Shown: positions 30,745-40,816 of the stretch, in pieces
Position numbering within the stretch: the stretch's first letter is position 1
Layout: every line of letters starts with the position of its first letter
NCBI GenBank assembly: GCA_013289665.1
Contig: JABCZN010000011.1
Coordinates: 31,023-95,022 of the forward strand
DNA length: 64,000 nucleotides
From: Acidobacteriota bacterium
GTDB lineage: Bacteria; Acidobacteriota; Terriglobia; Acidiferrales; UBA7541
Direction: 5' to 3'
Notes under the pieces: model-generated
Told to the model about the DNA's origin: nothing
The model's database searches: none
What the model saw: the letters and a program-made list of their open reading frames with translations, nothing else
Translations under genes and position numbers: made by a program

Positions 30745-31431
30745 TCAGTGGTAAGTGGTAACCAGTTCGCCATTTTCAATGCGCAGGTCGGAAACATCGG
30801 AAGGCAATCGAAGTTTCTCGCGGTTCACCGGCGACTCCATCAACTGCCGCACCGCGCTTTCCAGCGCCGACTGCGGAATCGGCAGCGATCCAATATGCCC
30901 GCTGACGGGCTTAAATTTAAGATAACCGTCGGCTGCGCCCAGTCTTCCGACCAAATCCAGGCTCATCTCTCTCCCGTGGAGATCAAACACCATGTACGCG
31001 TGAACCTGATCCCCTTCCATCTGCACCTTGACATCCCGCACCGAAGACCGTGCCTGTTCGACGTCCGCGTCAATCGGCGCGCCGGCGCCGACTGAGGGCA
31101 CTGCCGCTGCCGCTTGGGGCGAAAGATCAAGATGGTTGGCAAGATAGGAATTCAATTCCGTCTCGTCCAGTCGGAGCGTAGCAGGCTGCCCCTGTGAAAC
31201 GGTCTGCTCAGCCTGCGAAACTTTCTGCTCCGCGCTCGCCGCGGCCTGCGGCGTTGAAAAAACTGGCGGAGGCGTCGTCTTGTGCAGCAGCAGGATCAAA
31301 GTAACGACTGTAGCCAGATAAGTGGACCAGCGCAGGAAGCGGAACACCCAGCGCGCAACGCTCACTTTGGGTTCCGCGAACGGCGGCAGCGGCTCTAGTA
31401 CCGGCGGCAAATTGGGAAGTGTCTCGGCCAT
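30745..31431 (-). CDS. Membrane-anchored hypothetical protein (LmeA/DUF2993-like fold possible)
   Basis: Single N-terminal TM helix; ETELNSYL and IGSLPIP patterns. Confidence 0.6.
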   Translation of the reverse strand: MAETLPNLPPVLEPLPPFAEPKVSVARWVFRFLRWSTYLATVVTLILLLHKTTPPPVFSTPQAAASAEQKVSQAEQTVSQGQPATLRLDETELNSYLANHLDLSPQAAAAVPSVGAGAPIDADVEQARSSVRDVKVQMEGDQVHAYMVFDLHGREMSLDLVGRLGAADGYLKFKPVSGHIGSLPIPQSALESAVRQLMESPVNREKLRLPSDVSDLRIENGELVTTYH

Positions 31432-31605
31432 TTCTAAACGGTCCAGTTCGTGCTCTTTGGTTGGATGCGTGCCCCAACTTCCTGGTTTCAACCCTAATCC
31501 CGCGGAAAGGTCGCGGCAACTCCTTCGCTCCGCAAGGCGGCCAATTCGGCACCTGTCCTCAAACTCGGCGCATGGGATACTGATTCACACCGAAAAGGAT
31601 TCGCC

Positions 31606-32526
31606 TTGGCAACCGAAGCTGTCATCACAAAAGCCGCAACCGCAAGCAGCAAACGACTCCCCGCCTACTTGGCGCTCCTCGGCGGGATAGTCTGCATCGC
31701 CTGGTCGGCAATATTCGTGCGCTGGACCGACATTCCCGGTCCAGCTTCCGCTTTCTACCGGATGCTGATTCCCGCCGTGGTCCTGCTGCCGACATTTTTC
31801 TTCGATCGCCGCCGCCCTCCGCTCGACGCGCGCACCCTCGGCATCATCGCCTTCGGCGGCCTCTTTTTCGCCTTCGATCTCGCTTTCTACAACACCGCGA
31901 TTTTGCAGACCTCCGCCGCCAATGCCACCCTCCTGGGAAACAACACTCCCATCTTTGTCGGTCTCCTCACCTGGCTGGTCTTCCGTCAGCGTCCCGCCCG
32001 CGCATTCTGGCTCGGTCTCCTCATGGCCATTGCCGGCGCAGTTGTAATTCTCTGGGCAGACCTCGCGCATCACACTCAGATTGGCTTGGGAGACCTGCTG
32101 GCGCTCGCCGCGTCCGCCTGTTTCGCCGTCTACCTCATGGTGACGGAGAAAATTCGCAACTCCACCGGCACGCTGGCGTTCCTGCGCCTGGCAATGATCT
32201 CGAGCACGCTCGCCCTCCTGCTCATCAATCTCGCCATGGGCATATCGTTGCGCATCCCAGATGGCCGCACCATCTGGGCCATATTGGGCCTCGGCCTCAT
32301 CTCGCAACTCGGGGGCTATCTCTTCCTCACCTACGCCCTCGGCCATCTCCCGGCCACGCTCACTTCCATCAGTCTCCTCACGCAAGGCCCTTTGACCGCC
32401 GCCATGGCCGCAGTTCTGCTCGGCGAACCCCTCAGCCTCGCTCAAGTCCTCGGCGGCCTGCTCGTCCTCGCCGGCGTAGCCCTCGCCCACCGCCAGCGCC
32501 ATCCCGAAGACGAGTGCAACATTTAA
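31606..32526 (+). CDS. DMT/EamA-family transporter
   Basis: About ten hydrophobic helices in two repeats; A...LGEPLS..Q..GG motif. Confidence 0.88.
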   Translation: MATEAVITKAATASSKRLPAYLALLGGIVCIAWSAIFVRWTDIPGPASAFYRMLIPAVVLLPTFFFDRRRPPLDARTLGIIAFGGLFFAFDLAFYNTAILQTSAANATLLGNNTPIFVGLLTWLVFRQRPARAFWLGLLMAIAGAVVILWADLAHHTQIGLGDLLALAASACFAVYLMVTEKIRNSTGTLAFLRLAMISSTLALLLINLAMGISLRIPDGRTIWAILGLGLISQLGGYLFLTYALGHLPATLTSISLLTQGPLTAAMAAVLLGEPLSLAQVLGGLLVLAGVALAHRQRHPEDECNI

Positions 32527-32693
32527 GCCTCAACACTGGGGCCTCTTTGTTTTTCGGAACTGCTTTTAGCGAAATACTTTCAATGGCGGTTCATCAAACT
32601 GAGCGATATCTGCCTTGCCTGCGCCAGATTCACAGGTAACATTGAGGGCGAAGAGAATTCCTCCGCCCAGCCAACAACCAGAAGGGGTCCGCC

Positions 32694-34916
32694 GTGCGCC
32701 TATCATTGCCCGCGCTTATCGCGCTTTTCCTTACGTGTCCCTGCTTCTCTCAGGAGCCTCCTGCACCTCCTCTGCATTCCACCGCCCCCGCCGTCGAGGC
32801 CTCCAACCGCCCCAAAATCGGCGTTGCCCTTGAAGGCGGCGGCGCGCTCGGCGAAGCCCACGTCGGCGTCCTCAAATGGTTTGAAGAACACCAAATTCCC
32901 ATCGACTACCTCGCCGGCACCAGCATAGGTGGCCTCGTCGGCGGCATCTACGCTACCGGCAAGCCCGTTGCTCAACTCCAGGAAATCCTGCGCACCGCAA
33001 ATTGGCCTCTGCTCCTTGGCGGCGGCACCCCTTACGAAGACCTCTCCTTCCGCCGAAAAGAAGACGCCCGCGCGGTACCCAATTCCGTTCAAGTCGGCCT
33101 GAAACACGGCGCTGCTCTTCCCCCCGGACTGAACACCGGCCATCAGATCAATCTCCTCATCGACCGCGAAACCATCGATTACTCCAACATCCCCTCCTTC
33201 GACGATCTCCCGATTCCCTTCCGCTGCGTTTCCACCGAACTGATATCCGGCCAGGCCTATGTCTTCCAAAGCGGCTCCCTCTCCGACGCCATGCGCGCCA
33301 CGATTTCGATCCCCGGCGTCTTCGCTCCCGTCCGCCAGGGCGACAAAATCTTCGTGGATGGCGGGATGGTGGACAATCTCCCCACCGACGTAGTCCGCAA
33401 AATGGGCGCTGACGTGGTGATCGCGGTTCACCTCCAGCTCTCACCGGCCAGCGCGAAAGAAATTCAAGGCGCGTTCTCGGTGCTGGGCCGCTCGGTAGCG
33501 CTGGTCATCGCGGAAACCGAGATTCGCGGCATGGCCGGCGCTGACCTGATCGTGAACGCCAACGTGGCAGAATACTCCTCTACCGATTATCAAAAGACCG
33601 AACAACTCATCCAGCGCGGTTATGACGCCGCACAGGAAAAAGCCCAAATCCTCAAAGCCTATTCACTCGACGACTCCGCCTGGGCAGAATATCTTCAACA
33701 GAAAAAATCCCGCATGCGTGGTGCGCAAGGAGCGCCCGAATTCATACTCGTCGAAGGCGTGGATCCCGAGGGCAAGAAAAATATCGAGAATCTGCTCAAA
33801 AATTTTGTCGGAAAGCCTCTGGACACGAAATCCCTCGACCACGTCCTCACCCGCCTCACCGGCGTCGGCCGCTACGACAGCATCACCTATTCCGTCGTCA
33901 ACGACGGCAACCAGAGCGGCCTCTCCATCCGCGTCCACGAAAAAACCTATGCGCCTCCGTTCCTCTTGCCCTTCGTCGAAATCAACGGCAGCGAGCCGCA
34001 GGATGTGGACTTCACCATGGGCGCTCGCATCACCGCGATGGATGTCTGGGGCTACCGCTCCGAGTGGCGCACCGACCTGAAATTTGGCGCCACCTACGGA
34101 ATCGCCAGCGAGCTCTACCGGCCCTTTCAGCCACTCGGAAAATGGTTTTTTGCCCCCTTCGTCAACGCCGGCCAAACCAATTTCAAGGTTTATAAAAATT
34201 CCGATCCGCGGGCGATCTATCGCCTCGACAACGTCCTCGCCGGCGTTGATCTCGGCTATTCCCTCAGCCGCTTCAACGAAATCCGCTTTGGCTACGGCGT
34301 CGGCTACCAGGACTATGCCCTGCGCCTGGGCATCCCGGACTTCGCCTCCACTAGCGGCCGCGTCGGCTCGTTCCACGCCCGCTATATCCTCGATCACACC
34401 AACGAAGCCGTCATCCCCACCCGCGGCATCTTTCTCAAAGCAAGTTACGAGTGGTTCGATACAACTCCCATCTCCACCCATGCCTACCCGTCCGTCGAAC
34501 TGCTGGTCCAATACTTCCAGCCGGTGTCATCAGCCGGCTCCCTCTTCTCGACCGCCAACGGCGCCTCCACCTTCGGTCACTCCTCCGCCGGCGCACCCAT
34601 CTATTTTCTCGGTGGCGTGGGACGCCTCAGCGCCTATGGCCTGAACGAACTCATCGGCAATCAGTTTTTCATCGGCCGTACCGGCTACCTCCACAAGGTC
34701 TTCACCCTGCCCCCATTCGTCGGCAAACAGGTTTACCTCACCGGTTTTGCCGAAGTAGGCAAGATGTACGGCGACCCCTTCCACGCTCCGAAACTTTCCG
34801 GCGACTTCGCCGGCGGCGTCCTTGCCGAAACTTTCTTCGGTCCCATCCTGCTTGGCGGCAGCGTCGGCGACACCGGCCACCAAAAATGGTTCTTCCAACT
34901 AGGCCGCGTTTTCTAA
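32694..34916 (+). CDS. Patatin phospholipase fused to POTRA and Omp85 barrel (PlpD/type Vd-like)
   Basis: Signal peptide, GGGALG, GTSIG (GxSxG), DGG, amphipathic beta strands ending in F. Confidence 0.85.
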   Translation: MRLSLPALIALFLTCPCFSQEPPAPPLHSTAPAVEASNRPKIGVALEGGGALGEAHVGVLKWFEEHQIPIDYLAGTSIGGLVGGIYATGKPVAQLQEILRTANWPLLLGGGTPYEDLSFRRKEDARAVPNSVQVGLKHGAALPPGLNTGHQINLLIDRETIDYSNIPSFDDLPIPFRCVSTELISGQAYVFQSGSLSDAMRATISIPGVFAPVRQGDKIFVDGGMVDNLPTDVVRKMGADVVIAVHLQLSPASAKEIQGAFSVLGRSVALVIAETEIRGMAGADLIVNANVAEYSSTDYQKTEQLIQRGYDAAQEKAQILKAYSLDDSAWAEYLQQKKSRMRGAQGAPEFILVEGVDPEGKKNIENLLKNFVGKPLDTKSLDHVLTRLTGVGRYDSITYSVVNDGNQSGLSIRVHEKTYAPPFLLPFVEINGSEPQDVDFTMGARITAMDVWGYRSEWRTDLKFGATYGIASELYRPFQPLGKWFFAPFVNAGQTNFKVYKNSDPRAIYRLDNVLAGVDLGYSLSRFNEIRFGYGVGYQDYALRLGIPDFASTSGRVGSFHARYILDHTNEAVIPTRGIFLKASYEWFDTTPISTHAYPSVELLVQYFQPVSSAGSLFSTANGASTFGHSSAGAPIYFLGGVGRLSAYGLNELIGNQFFIGRTGYLHKVFTLPPFVGKQVYLTGFAEVGKMYGDPFHAPKLSGDFAGGVLAETFFGPILLGGSVGDTGHQKWFFQLGRVF

Positions 34917-35127
34917 CCTCACCCCAGCCGCTCCGAATGCTTCCATGCAGGCGCATGGCTTTCGCCATGCCCGCCGTTCCTCCGCTGTAGCGGCCGCCCG
35001 CGGCGCGGGGTTATTTGCCTAGAATCGAGGCCTCCGGGGCCGGTTCCTCCTTCGCCAAAACCGTCCTTCGGTACAGTAGTTCCCCTCCACGCCAGATGCT
35101 TAAAATGGTCCAGTTGAGGTGCCCGTC

Positions 35128-35436
35128 ATGAAGAGACTTCTCTTGGTTATCTGCTTCACCCTCGTTCTCGGCGCTCTCGGTCCGGATTCCGCTGCCGCAG
35201 GCCGCGACTGGCCATGGCATCGTCATCACAAGGACGCCAGCGCTGCCAAGGCGAGCAAGCCGGAAAAGATTAAGTCGGAAAAGGGCAAGAAATCCTTGTT
35301 CCACCGGAAAACTTCCCAGGATAAGGCCCGCGAAAAGTCCGCGCGCGAAGAAGTCGCGGCTGGCGCTTCTCCCGGCCCCAAGTCCGTGGGCTGGCACCGT
35401 CAGACCCCTGGCCCAGCCGGCGCCGGCGCCCGATAA
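35128..35436 (+). CDS. Small secreted Lys-rich hypothetical protein
   Basis: GAGGT SD, signal peptide, basic low-complexity mature region. Confidence 0.55.
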   Translation: MKRLLLVICFTLVLGALGPDSAAAGRDWPWHRHHKDASAAKASKPEKIKSEKGKKSLFHRKTSQDKAREKSAREEVAAGASPGPKSVGWHRQTPGPAGAGAR

Positions 35437-35468
35437 CGTCGCTTGGGCCTCACCGGGCATCCTAAGCC

Positions 35469-35575
35469 GTGTGCCGCACCCTGCCCTGAGTGAAGCCCGA
35501 ATGGACGGTTTTCAGGGTGCGCCCCTTTTGCGCCCGCCTCTGGCGGGTCCGCCTCAAGCGTGCGCTTTTTGACTT
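35469..35575 (+). repeat. Composite REP-like cluster with nested inserts
   Basis: GCACCCT/AGGGTGC arms separated by CCTGCCCTGAGTGAAGCCCGAATGG; CCCGCC-TCT-GGCGGG hairpin follows. Confidence 0.55.
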
Positions 35576-35816
35576 TTGCTCCCTCAGGTGGCCTAATCTC
35601 CGCGCCTTGTGCTCCTTCGCTCCGTCCAGGCGCTCAACCGGGATGAGCAAGTGCGTCCAGTTCTCCCCTTCAGCCGCATGACCAGCCGTCTCGCTCTAAA
35701 TGTTTGGCAAGCCCACAAACAACGCTCGGCGCGCCCCAGAAACGCCAGCCTCCCGGATGGCGTTCTTCGCTCCCATCCCCCCGCAATCCGGAGCTCTGAA
35801 GGAACTAAGCCATCCC

Positions 35817-36272
35817 TCAGGACTTCTTGATGGAACCCGACTGCGTGGCAACGAGCAGCCAGCGGCCATCCTGCTTCACCAACATGGCCAAAAAGCGCAC
35901 TCTGGCGTTGAAGGAGGTTCCGTCAGGCCTTCTGCCTTGCGCGGAGATAAATCCCGAAACGGTGGCCGAATCTCCCCAGTCTCGCGTGTGAATTTCATCC
36001 ACAGACATGGCGTCCCATTCATTGTCGCTCTTCGCGGTTGCAAGTTCGTTCGCCTTGTCGCTGAGTTTGCCTTCGAAGTTGACCGCCATATAGTCCGGCG
36101 AAATCAGCTTCTCAAGCGCTGCCAGATCCTTGGTTTTCCATGCTGCCACATACGCCCGATAAGCGTGCTGGACCGACTCCTCCTCGTTCCCGGATCGAGC
36201 CAAAGCGGCGAGAGAGCAGGCGAGAGCTACGACCACGAATAGACCTGACATCCAATAAACCCGAGTTTTCAT
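35817..36272 (-). CDS. Secreted NTF2-like (DUF4440) protein
   Basis: Signal peptide; GDSATVSG...RFL...KQDGRWLLVA. Confidence 0.8.
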   Translation of the reverse strand: MKTRVYWMSGLFVVVALACSLAALARSGNEEESVQHAYRAYVAAWKTKDLAALEKLISPDYMAVNFEGKLSDKANELATAKSDNEWDAMSVDEIHTRDWGDSATVSGFISAQGRRPDGTSFNARVRFLAMLVKQDGRWLLVATQSGSIKKS

Positions 36273-36291
36273 TGGAATTTTCCCACTCCTG

Positions 36292-37941
36292 TCAATTGAG
36301 CTTTTCAAACCTTTCGTTGCGAATCGCTCCATCCCAGCCGGAGAACACTTTCAGGCCCGAGATGTGGCCGGCGTTATCGCCGGTGAAGACGAGAGTCAAT
36401 CCCCCGCCAACGCTAAACTCGTTCGGAACGATTGGCTCCAGCTTGATGGCCGGGTCCCAGCCAGCCCGCAGCATGAGGCTCCCGTTCTCGAGCGAAAGTT
36501 TGTACGTGGCATCGAGCTCCGCGCTCTTATACACGCCAGCGTAAGCGGCAAGGGCAGTGCCATCCACGTGGAGAGCCTCGATTCTCGCGCCTGCGAAGGT
36601 GAGCGCATTGTTATAGGTCACGCTTGCTTTCATGACTCCATCCGCACTTGAAAATGTGACGGTCGCCCCGCTCGTGGGGTCCGCGAACCGGTTCCGTTCG
36701 ACAGGCTCCAGGACGTGGCCTTCCAGCACAAGATTTCCGCGCTCCGCAGTGAAGGAAACCAGGTAATGCGTGCGAGTCTCGAAGTATTTTCCCGCGAACA
36801 ACACGGGATCGGAACCCGCAACCCCGGCCGGCGCGGGCTGCAGTTCCTTCTCCAGATAGATATCCGCGACCTCGCGCGACAGCCCGGCCGGGTCGGCGGA
36901 GGACACATTGCACAGTGTCACCACGGTGAAGTTCTGCTGCGGGAAGCGGAGCAGATTGGTTCGGTACCCGAAATTTGCGCCACTATGTTCTGCAATCGGC
37001 AACCCGCGATACGTACTCATGAACTGGCCGAGCGCATAATTGTTCGCCGTGCCGTCATTCAGCGCTTCGCGAGCCTGCATCTCCTTCAGGAATGTCGTTT
37101 TGCCCAGCATATTGTGATAGAAATTCCGGTCCCACATAAGCAGATCGTCCACGCTGCTCATCAGTCCGCCGCCACCCACGATTTCGTAGTTGGTCGACCA
37201 ATCCACCAGAAAGGCGCCGCCCGTCCCGCGTGAATATCCGGCAACGCGCCCAGGCACAACCACGGTGTGATCGTCATAAAACCTTGTATGCGCCATTCCC
37301 AGCGGTTTAAAGATATTCTGGGCTGCAAATTCCCTGAGCGGCATCTTCGTCGCCCGCTTCACCACCTCAGCCAGAAGAAAATAATTCGTATTGCTGTAAA
37401 GAAATTCGTCCCCGGGATGGAAGTTGAGGGCCTTCTGCCGGACAATCAGGTCCATCAACTCCGCTGTGGGATGCAGGTCCTCCAGGTTGCGCCCGGAAAT
37501 CCCAATCAACCCCAGGAAGTCCGCGAGCCCGCTAGTATGGTGCAACATTTCCCGCAGTGTGATGGGCTGGCCGTAATCAGGCAGTTCCGGGATGTATTTG
37601 CGAATGTTGTCGTCCAGGGAAAGAAAACCCTCCTCCGCGGCAAGCACAATGCTGGCGGCCGTGAACTGCTTCGCGATCGACCCCATATAGAATACGGATT
37701 CCGGCGAAAGCGGGACTCCCTGTTCAAGGCTGCCCATGCCATAGCCCTTCCGATAAACAAAGTTCCCGTCTTGTATCACCCCGACGGCGCACCCAGGAGA
37801 ATCGGATTTCGCGTAACTGGCAAAAACCCGATCCACGCCCCGATCCAGGCCCCGATCCAGGCGTTGTTCAGAATCCTCACCAAATCCCGGCCCAGCAACA
37901 GACAGGTCGAGGCATAAAGCTAAAAAAACAGCCATCCGCAT
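36292..37941 (-). CDS. Serine hydrolase, beta-lactamase/AmpC-like family
   Basis: SxxK (SIAK), YSN, HSG motifs; signal peptide. Confidence 0.88.
   Translation of the reverse strand: MRMAVFLALCLDLSVAGPGFGEDSEQRLDRGLDRGVDRVFASYAKSDSPGCAVGVIQDGNFVYRKGYGMGSLEQGVPLSPESVFYMGSIAKQFTAASIVLAAEEGFLSLDDNIRKYIPELPDYGQPITLREMLHHTSGLADFLGLIGISGRNLEDLHPTAELMDLIVRQKALNFHPGDEFLYSNTNYFLLAEVVKRATKMPLREFAAQNIFKPLGMAHTRFYDDHTVVVPGRVAGYSRGTGGAFLVDWSTNYEIVGGGGLMSSVDDLLMWDRNFYHNMLGKTTFLKEMQAREALNDGTANNYALGQFMSTYRGLPIAEHSGANFGYRTNLLRFPQQNFTVVTLCNVSSADPAGLSREVADIYLEKELQPAPAGVAGSDPVLFAGKYFETRTHYLVSFTAERGNLVLEGHVLEPVERNRFADPTSGATVTFSSADGVMKASVTYNNALTFAGARIEALHVDGTALAAYAGVYKSAELDATYKLSLENGSLMLRAGWDPAIKLEPIVPNEFSVGGGLTLVFTGDNAGHISGLKVFSGWDGAIRNERFEKLN
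37827..37862. repeat. 3 x 12-bp in-frame tandem repeat
   Basis: CCCGATCCA(C/G)GC x3, encoding LDRG-LDRG-VDR after the signal peptide. Confidence 0.8.
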
Positions 37942-38050
37942 AACGCAACCTCCGCTCAGTCTTAACTATGATTCAGTTTCCCATCGCTTCGTTGCGGGAG
38001 CATCCGAGCAAGCCAGGTCAACCCCCTAGAAGCAATCTCATAGACGTTTC

Positions 38051-38140
38051 CTTAGGAGGTCGGGGCTTCAGCTTACTCTGCGTTCAGCCGAAGGAGCCCG
38101 ACATGAAAGGGTTGGCGAAAATGGAGGAGATTTAGCGCGG
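38051..38140 (+). repeat. REP-like element interrupted by a 24-nt insert
   Basis: GTCGGGGCTTCAGC [24 nt] CCCGAC restores a hairpin when the insert is removed. Confidence 0.6.
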
Positions 38141-38598
38141 TTTTCGACGGGTGAACCGGCTTGCCTATTGCGTCGAAGCAGTTCGACCACCGGCAACCAC
38201 CCGGATCATTCCCAGCCGGCTACTTCACCGTTAGCCGCCAAATCAACGCCGTTCCGTGCGCAAATCTTCCGTTGGCTTCATTTTCATTTCGCAAGCTCCC
38301 GAACCATGGCATTTTGGCCCCGGTCCACAGGAGGACTGCGTCCATGCGGCTGCAAAAACATCCAAGCCGTCTTGCAACGTCGCCGATCGGAGATCATCTC
38401 GGCAGCGTAAGGGCGTGGTCTACGTTCTACCGCTAGTGTCGATTCTCCCGGCAACTTTCTGAAGTTCCTTCCCATTCGGCGGCGAAGTGTGTCGCACTGG
38501 TCGCGTGTCTTTTGCTCTCGCGCGGCGCCGCTGGTGGTGTCTTTCGACGCCGCCGGCACAATCTGAAGCGCAAAGCGCTTCGTAGAAAAGAGAAAGCT

Positions 38599-38940
38599 AT
38601 GGTTGCGATTAAAGTGCAAGGGGGAACTCCCTCTGGGACACGCTCGCTGTGCCAGACCTGCAGCCGGGGCCACATCATTAAGGGCTTCCGGGCGTCAGAG
38701 GTAGAGGTTTTCTGTCGCCAGTTCTACATCGAACGCGAAATTCGCTTTGCCGTATGCGAATGCACGTTCTATGAGGACCGTCGCCTGGCCAGCAAATCGG
38801 AGATGGAGGAGATCGCCTGGTTCCTGACCACGCGCAAAGCGGGCCGCACCGTCGGGTTCGTCAGTGCGGAAAAGTTTCGCGCCGAACAGGAAGCGGCATC
38901 TTTCCTCGCAAACACCAACTCGACCGAATTGGACGAGTGA
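38599..38940 (+). CDS. Small Cys-rich hypothetical protein
   Basis: CxxC...C...CxC pattern suggesting metal binding; GC-rich codon usage. Confidence 0.7.
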   Translation: MVAIKVQGGTPSGTRSLCQTCSRGHIIKGFRASEVEVFCRQFYIEREIRFAVCECTFYEDRRLASKSEMEEIAWFLTTRKAGRTVGFVSAEKFRAEQEAASFLANTNSTELDE

Positions 38941-39227
38941 GTCAGAGACTCCGATGGGTGGCCTACCCTTTGTGCCTTAGAAAGGGTAGGCCCTCTCTTC
39001 ACTCAAAAGGGTCCTCGCGGATGCGGGCCACGAGTGCCGCACTGGGCATGGGGATCCCCCTTCCAGTTCTCAGTTCTCCCCGGTCGCTCACCACCTTCCG
39101 CCTCCGCTGGCCACCGGTCGCCGGCAACCCACCGGCAGGACGGGGTATAATTTCACCGAAGGAAAGAGGTTCGGTGGTAGCCCGCGCTTGCCAGATAGCG
39201 GGCCTCCGCAGAGTGGAGATTATTCCC

Positions 39228-40208
39228 GTGGCGACGCTATTTTCCCGCAGCGAATTTCTGAAAACTTCCGGAGTGGCTTGCCTGGCCTTGCCGCTGCTGG
39301 CTTCGCGGGAAGCGTTTGGCGCCGGTTTGCCTGCCGCATCGCCGTTCCGCCTCGCGGTGATCAATGACGAAATCAGCCAGGATTTTGGTCGCGTGTGCGA
39401 AGTCGTCGCCCGGGAATTCGGAATGGCGTGGATCGAGCTGCGTGGAATGTGGAACAAAAACATCCTCGATCTGGACGCCAAGGAAATCGCCGAAGCGCAA
39501 CGCATCCTGGCAAGCTACGAATTGCGCGTTACCGATATCGCCAGCCCCCTCTTCAAAGTCGATTGGCCCGGCGCGCCGCCCTCCAAATTCAGTCCAAAGA
39601 GCGACAAGTTTCGCGCCGACTTCGGCTTTGCCCAGCAGGGGGACGTGCTCCGCCGCAGCATTGAACTCTCCAAACAATTTCAGACCGACCGTGTGCGCTG
39701 CTTCGATTTCTGGCGCCTGGAAGATCCAGCGCCGTACCGCAAAGCGATCAACGAGAAATTGCGCGATGCCGCGGCCGTGGCCGCAAAAGCTGGAATCAAG
39801 TTGCTGCTCGAAAACGAAATGACCTGTAACACCGCGACCGGGGCAGAAGCTGCCCAGGTGCTTGCGGCTATTCCCGAACCAAATTTGCTGCTCAATTGGG
39901 ATCCGGGAAACGCGGCCGCAATCGGCGAAACGCCCTATCCCGATGGCTACCGACTGTTGCCGAAGGGCCGCATCGGCCACTGTCACTGCAAGGATGTGAC
40001 CCCTAATCCCGACGGCGGCTATGAATGGGCGGCCATGGGCAGCGGCATCATCAACTGGGTTGGACAATTCCGCGCGCTGCGCGAAGATGGCTATCGCCTC
40101 GCCGCCAGCCTGGAAACGCACTGGCCCGGCGGCGGCACGCCGGAGGAATCCACGCGGCAAAGCTGGGCCGGAATGAAAAAGGAATTGCACGCCGCGGGAG
40201 ATCTCTAA
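39228..40208 (+). CDS. Sugar phosphate isomerase/epimerase (xylose isomerase-like TIM barrel)
   Basis: NDEISQD, LENE, NWDPGN, HCHCKD, SLETH; Tat-like SRSEFLK leader. Confidence 0.85.
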   Translation: MATLFSRSEFLKTSGVACLALPLLASREAFGAGLPAASPFRLAVINDEISQDFGRVCEVVAREFGMAWIELRGMWNKNILDLDAKEIAEAQRILASYELRVTDIASPLFKVDWPGAPPSKFSPKSDKFRADFGFAQQGDVLRRSIELSKQFQTDRVRCFDFWRLEDPAPYRKAINEKLRDAAAVAAKAGIKLLLENEMTCNTATGAEAAQVLAAIPEPNLLLNWDPGNAAAIGETPYPDGYRLLPKGRIGHCHCKDVTPNPDGGYEWAAMGSGIINWVGQFRALREDGYRLAASLETHWPGGGTPEESTRQSWAGMKKELHAAGDL

Positions 40209-40270
40209 ACGCTCGATTGCGCCAATTTCAAATCAGGCAGGTGTCGGGATGAGTCCAAGCACTGCCGGCA

Positions 40271-40726
40271 CTAAACGCGAAACTGCCGCAGATGATGGTC
40301 CAGATGTTGGTACATCAACGCCGCCCATTCCACCGGAGTGAGCGGCCCGAAAAAGAAATGCGGATGCTTGGTGCATATTCCGGGCCCGCCTGCCGCAAAG
40401 CGCTCGATCGACTCGCGCAGCCGTTGCCTCTCCACAACGAAATCGCGTTCATCCGTCACCAGGCAGCTCTTCTCGGTCGTCGCATTGCGGCGCATGGGTT
40501 CACCTTTCACAAGCAACGATTTCTTCACCAACGGGCTCAGCAGCCGTCCAATGAAGACTCGCGGCGATACGGGAGCCTTCCCCATCGCCAAATCCATCGC
40601 CGCCGTGCAATGCGCCAGGGCCTGCGCCGGATTCATCTTGCCCCACTGCCGCTCGCTATCCGGATGCAACCGTACCAGCCGCTCCTTCACTTCCTCCACC
40701 CTGGCCGCTTCAAAAAGACTCTTCAT
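40271..40726 (-). CDS. DUF1569/DinB-fold protein
   Basis: WGKMN..Q.L.HC and HFFFGPL...W....YQHLDHHLRQF. Confidence 0.85.
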   Translation of the reverse strand: MKSLFEAARVEEVKERLVRLHPDSERQWGKMNPAQALAHCTAAMDLAMGKAPVSPRVFIGRLLSPLVKKSLLVKGEPMRRNATTEKSCLVTDERDFVVERQRLRESIERFAAGGPGICTKHPHFFFGPLTPVEWAALMYQHLDHHLRQFRV

Positions 40727-40816
40727 GCGGAAAGACCTCCTATAGTCAACTCCTCACAACCAGCTGCGTCCGACCGCCCCTGTCGCGAGACTTCAGTGGG
40801 TATCGGGCGTTGGCGC

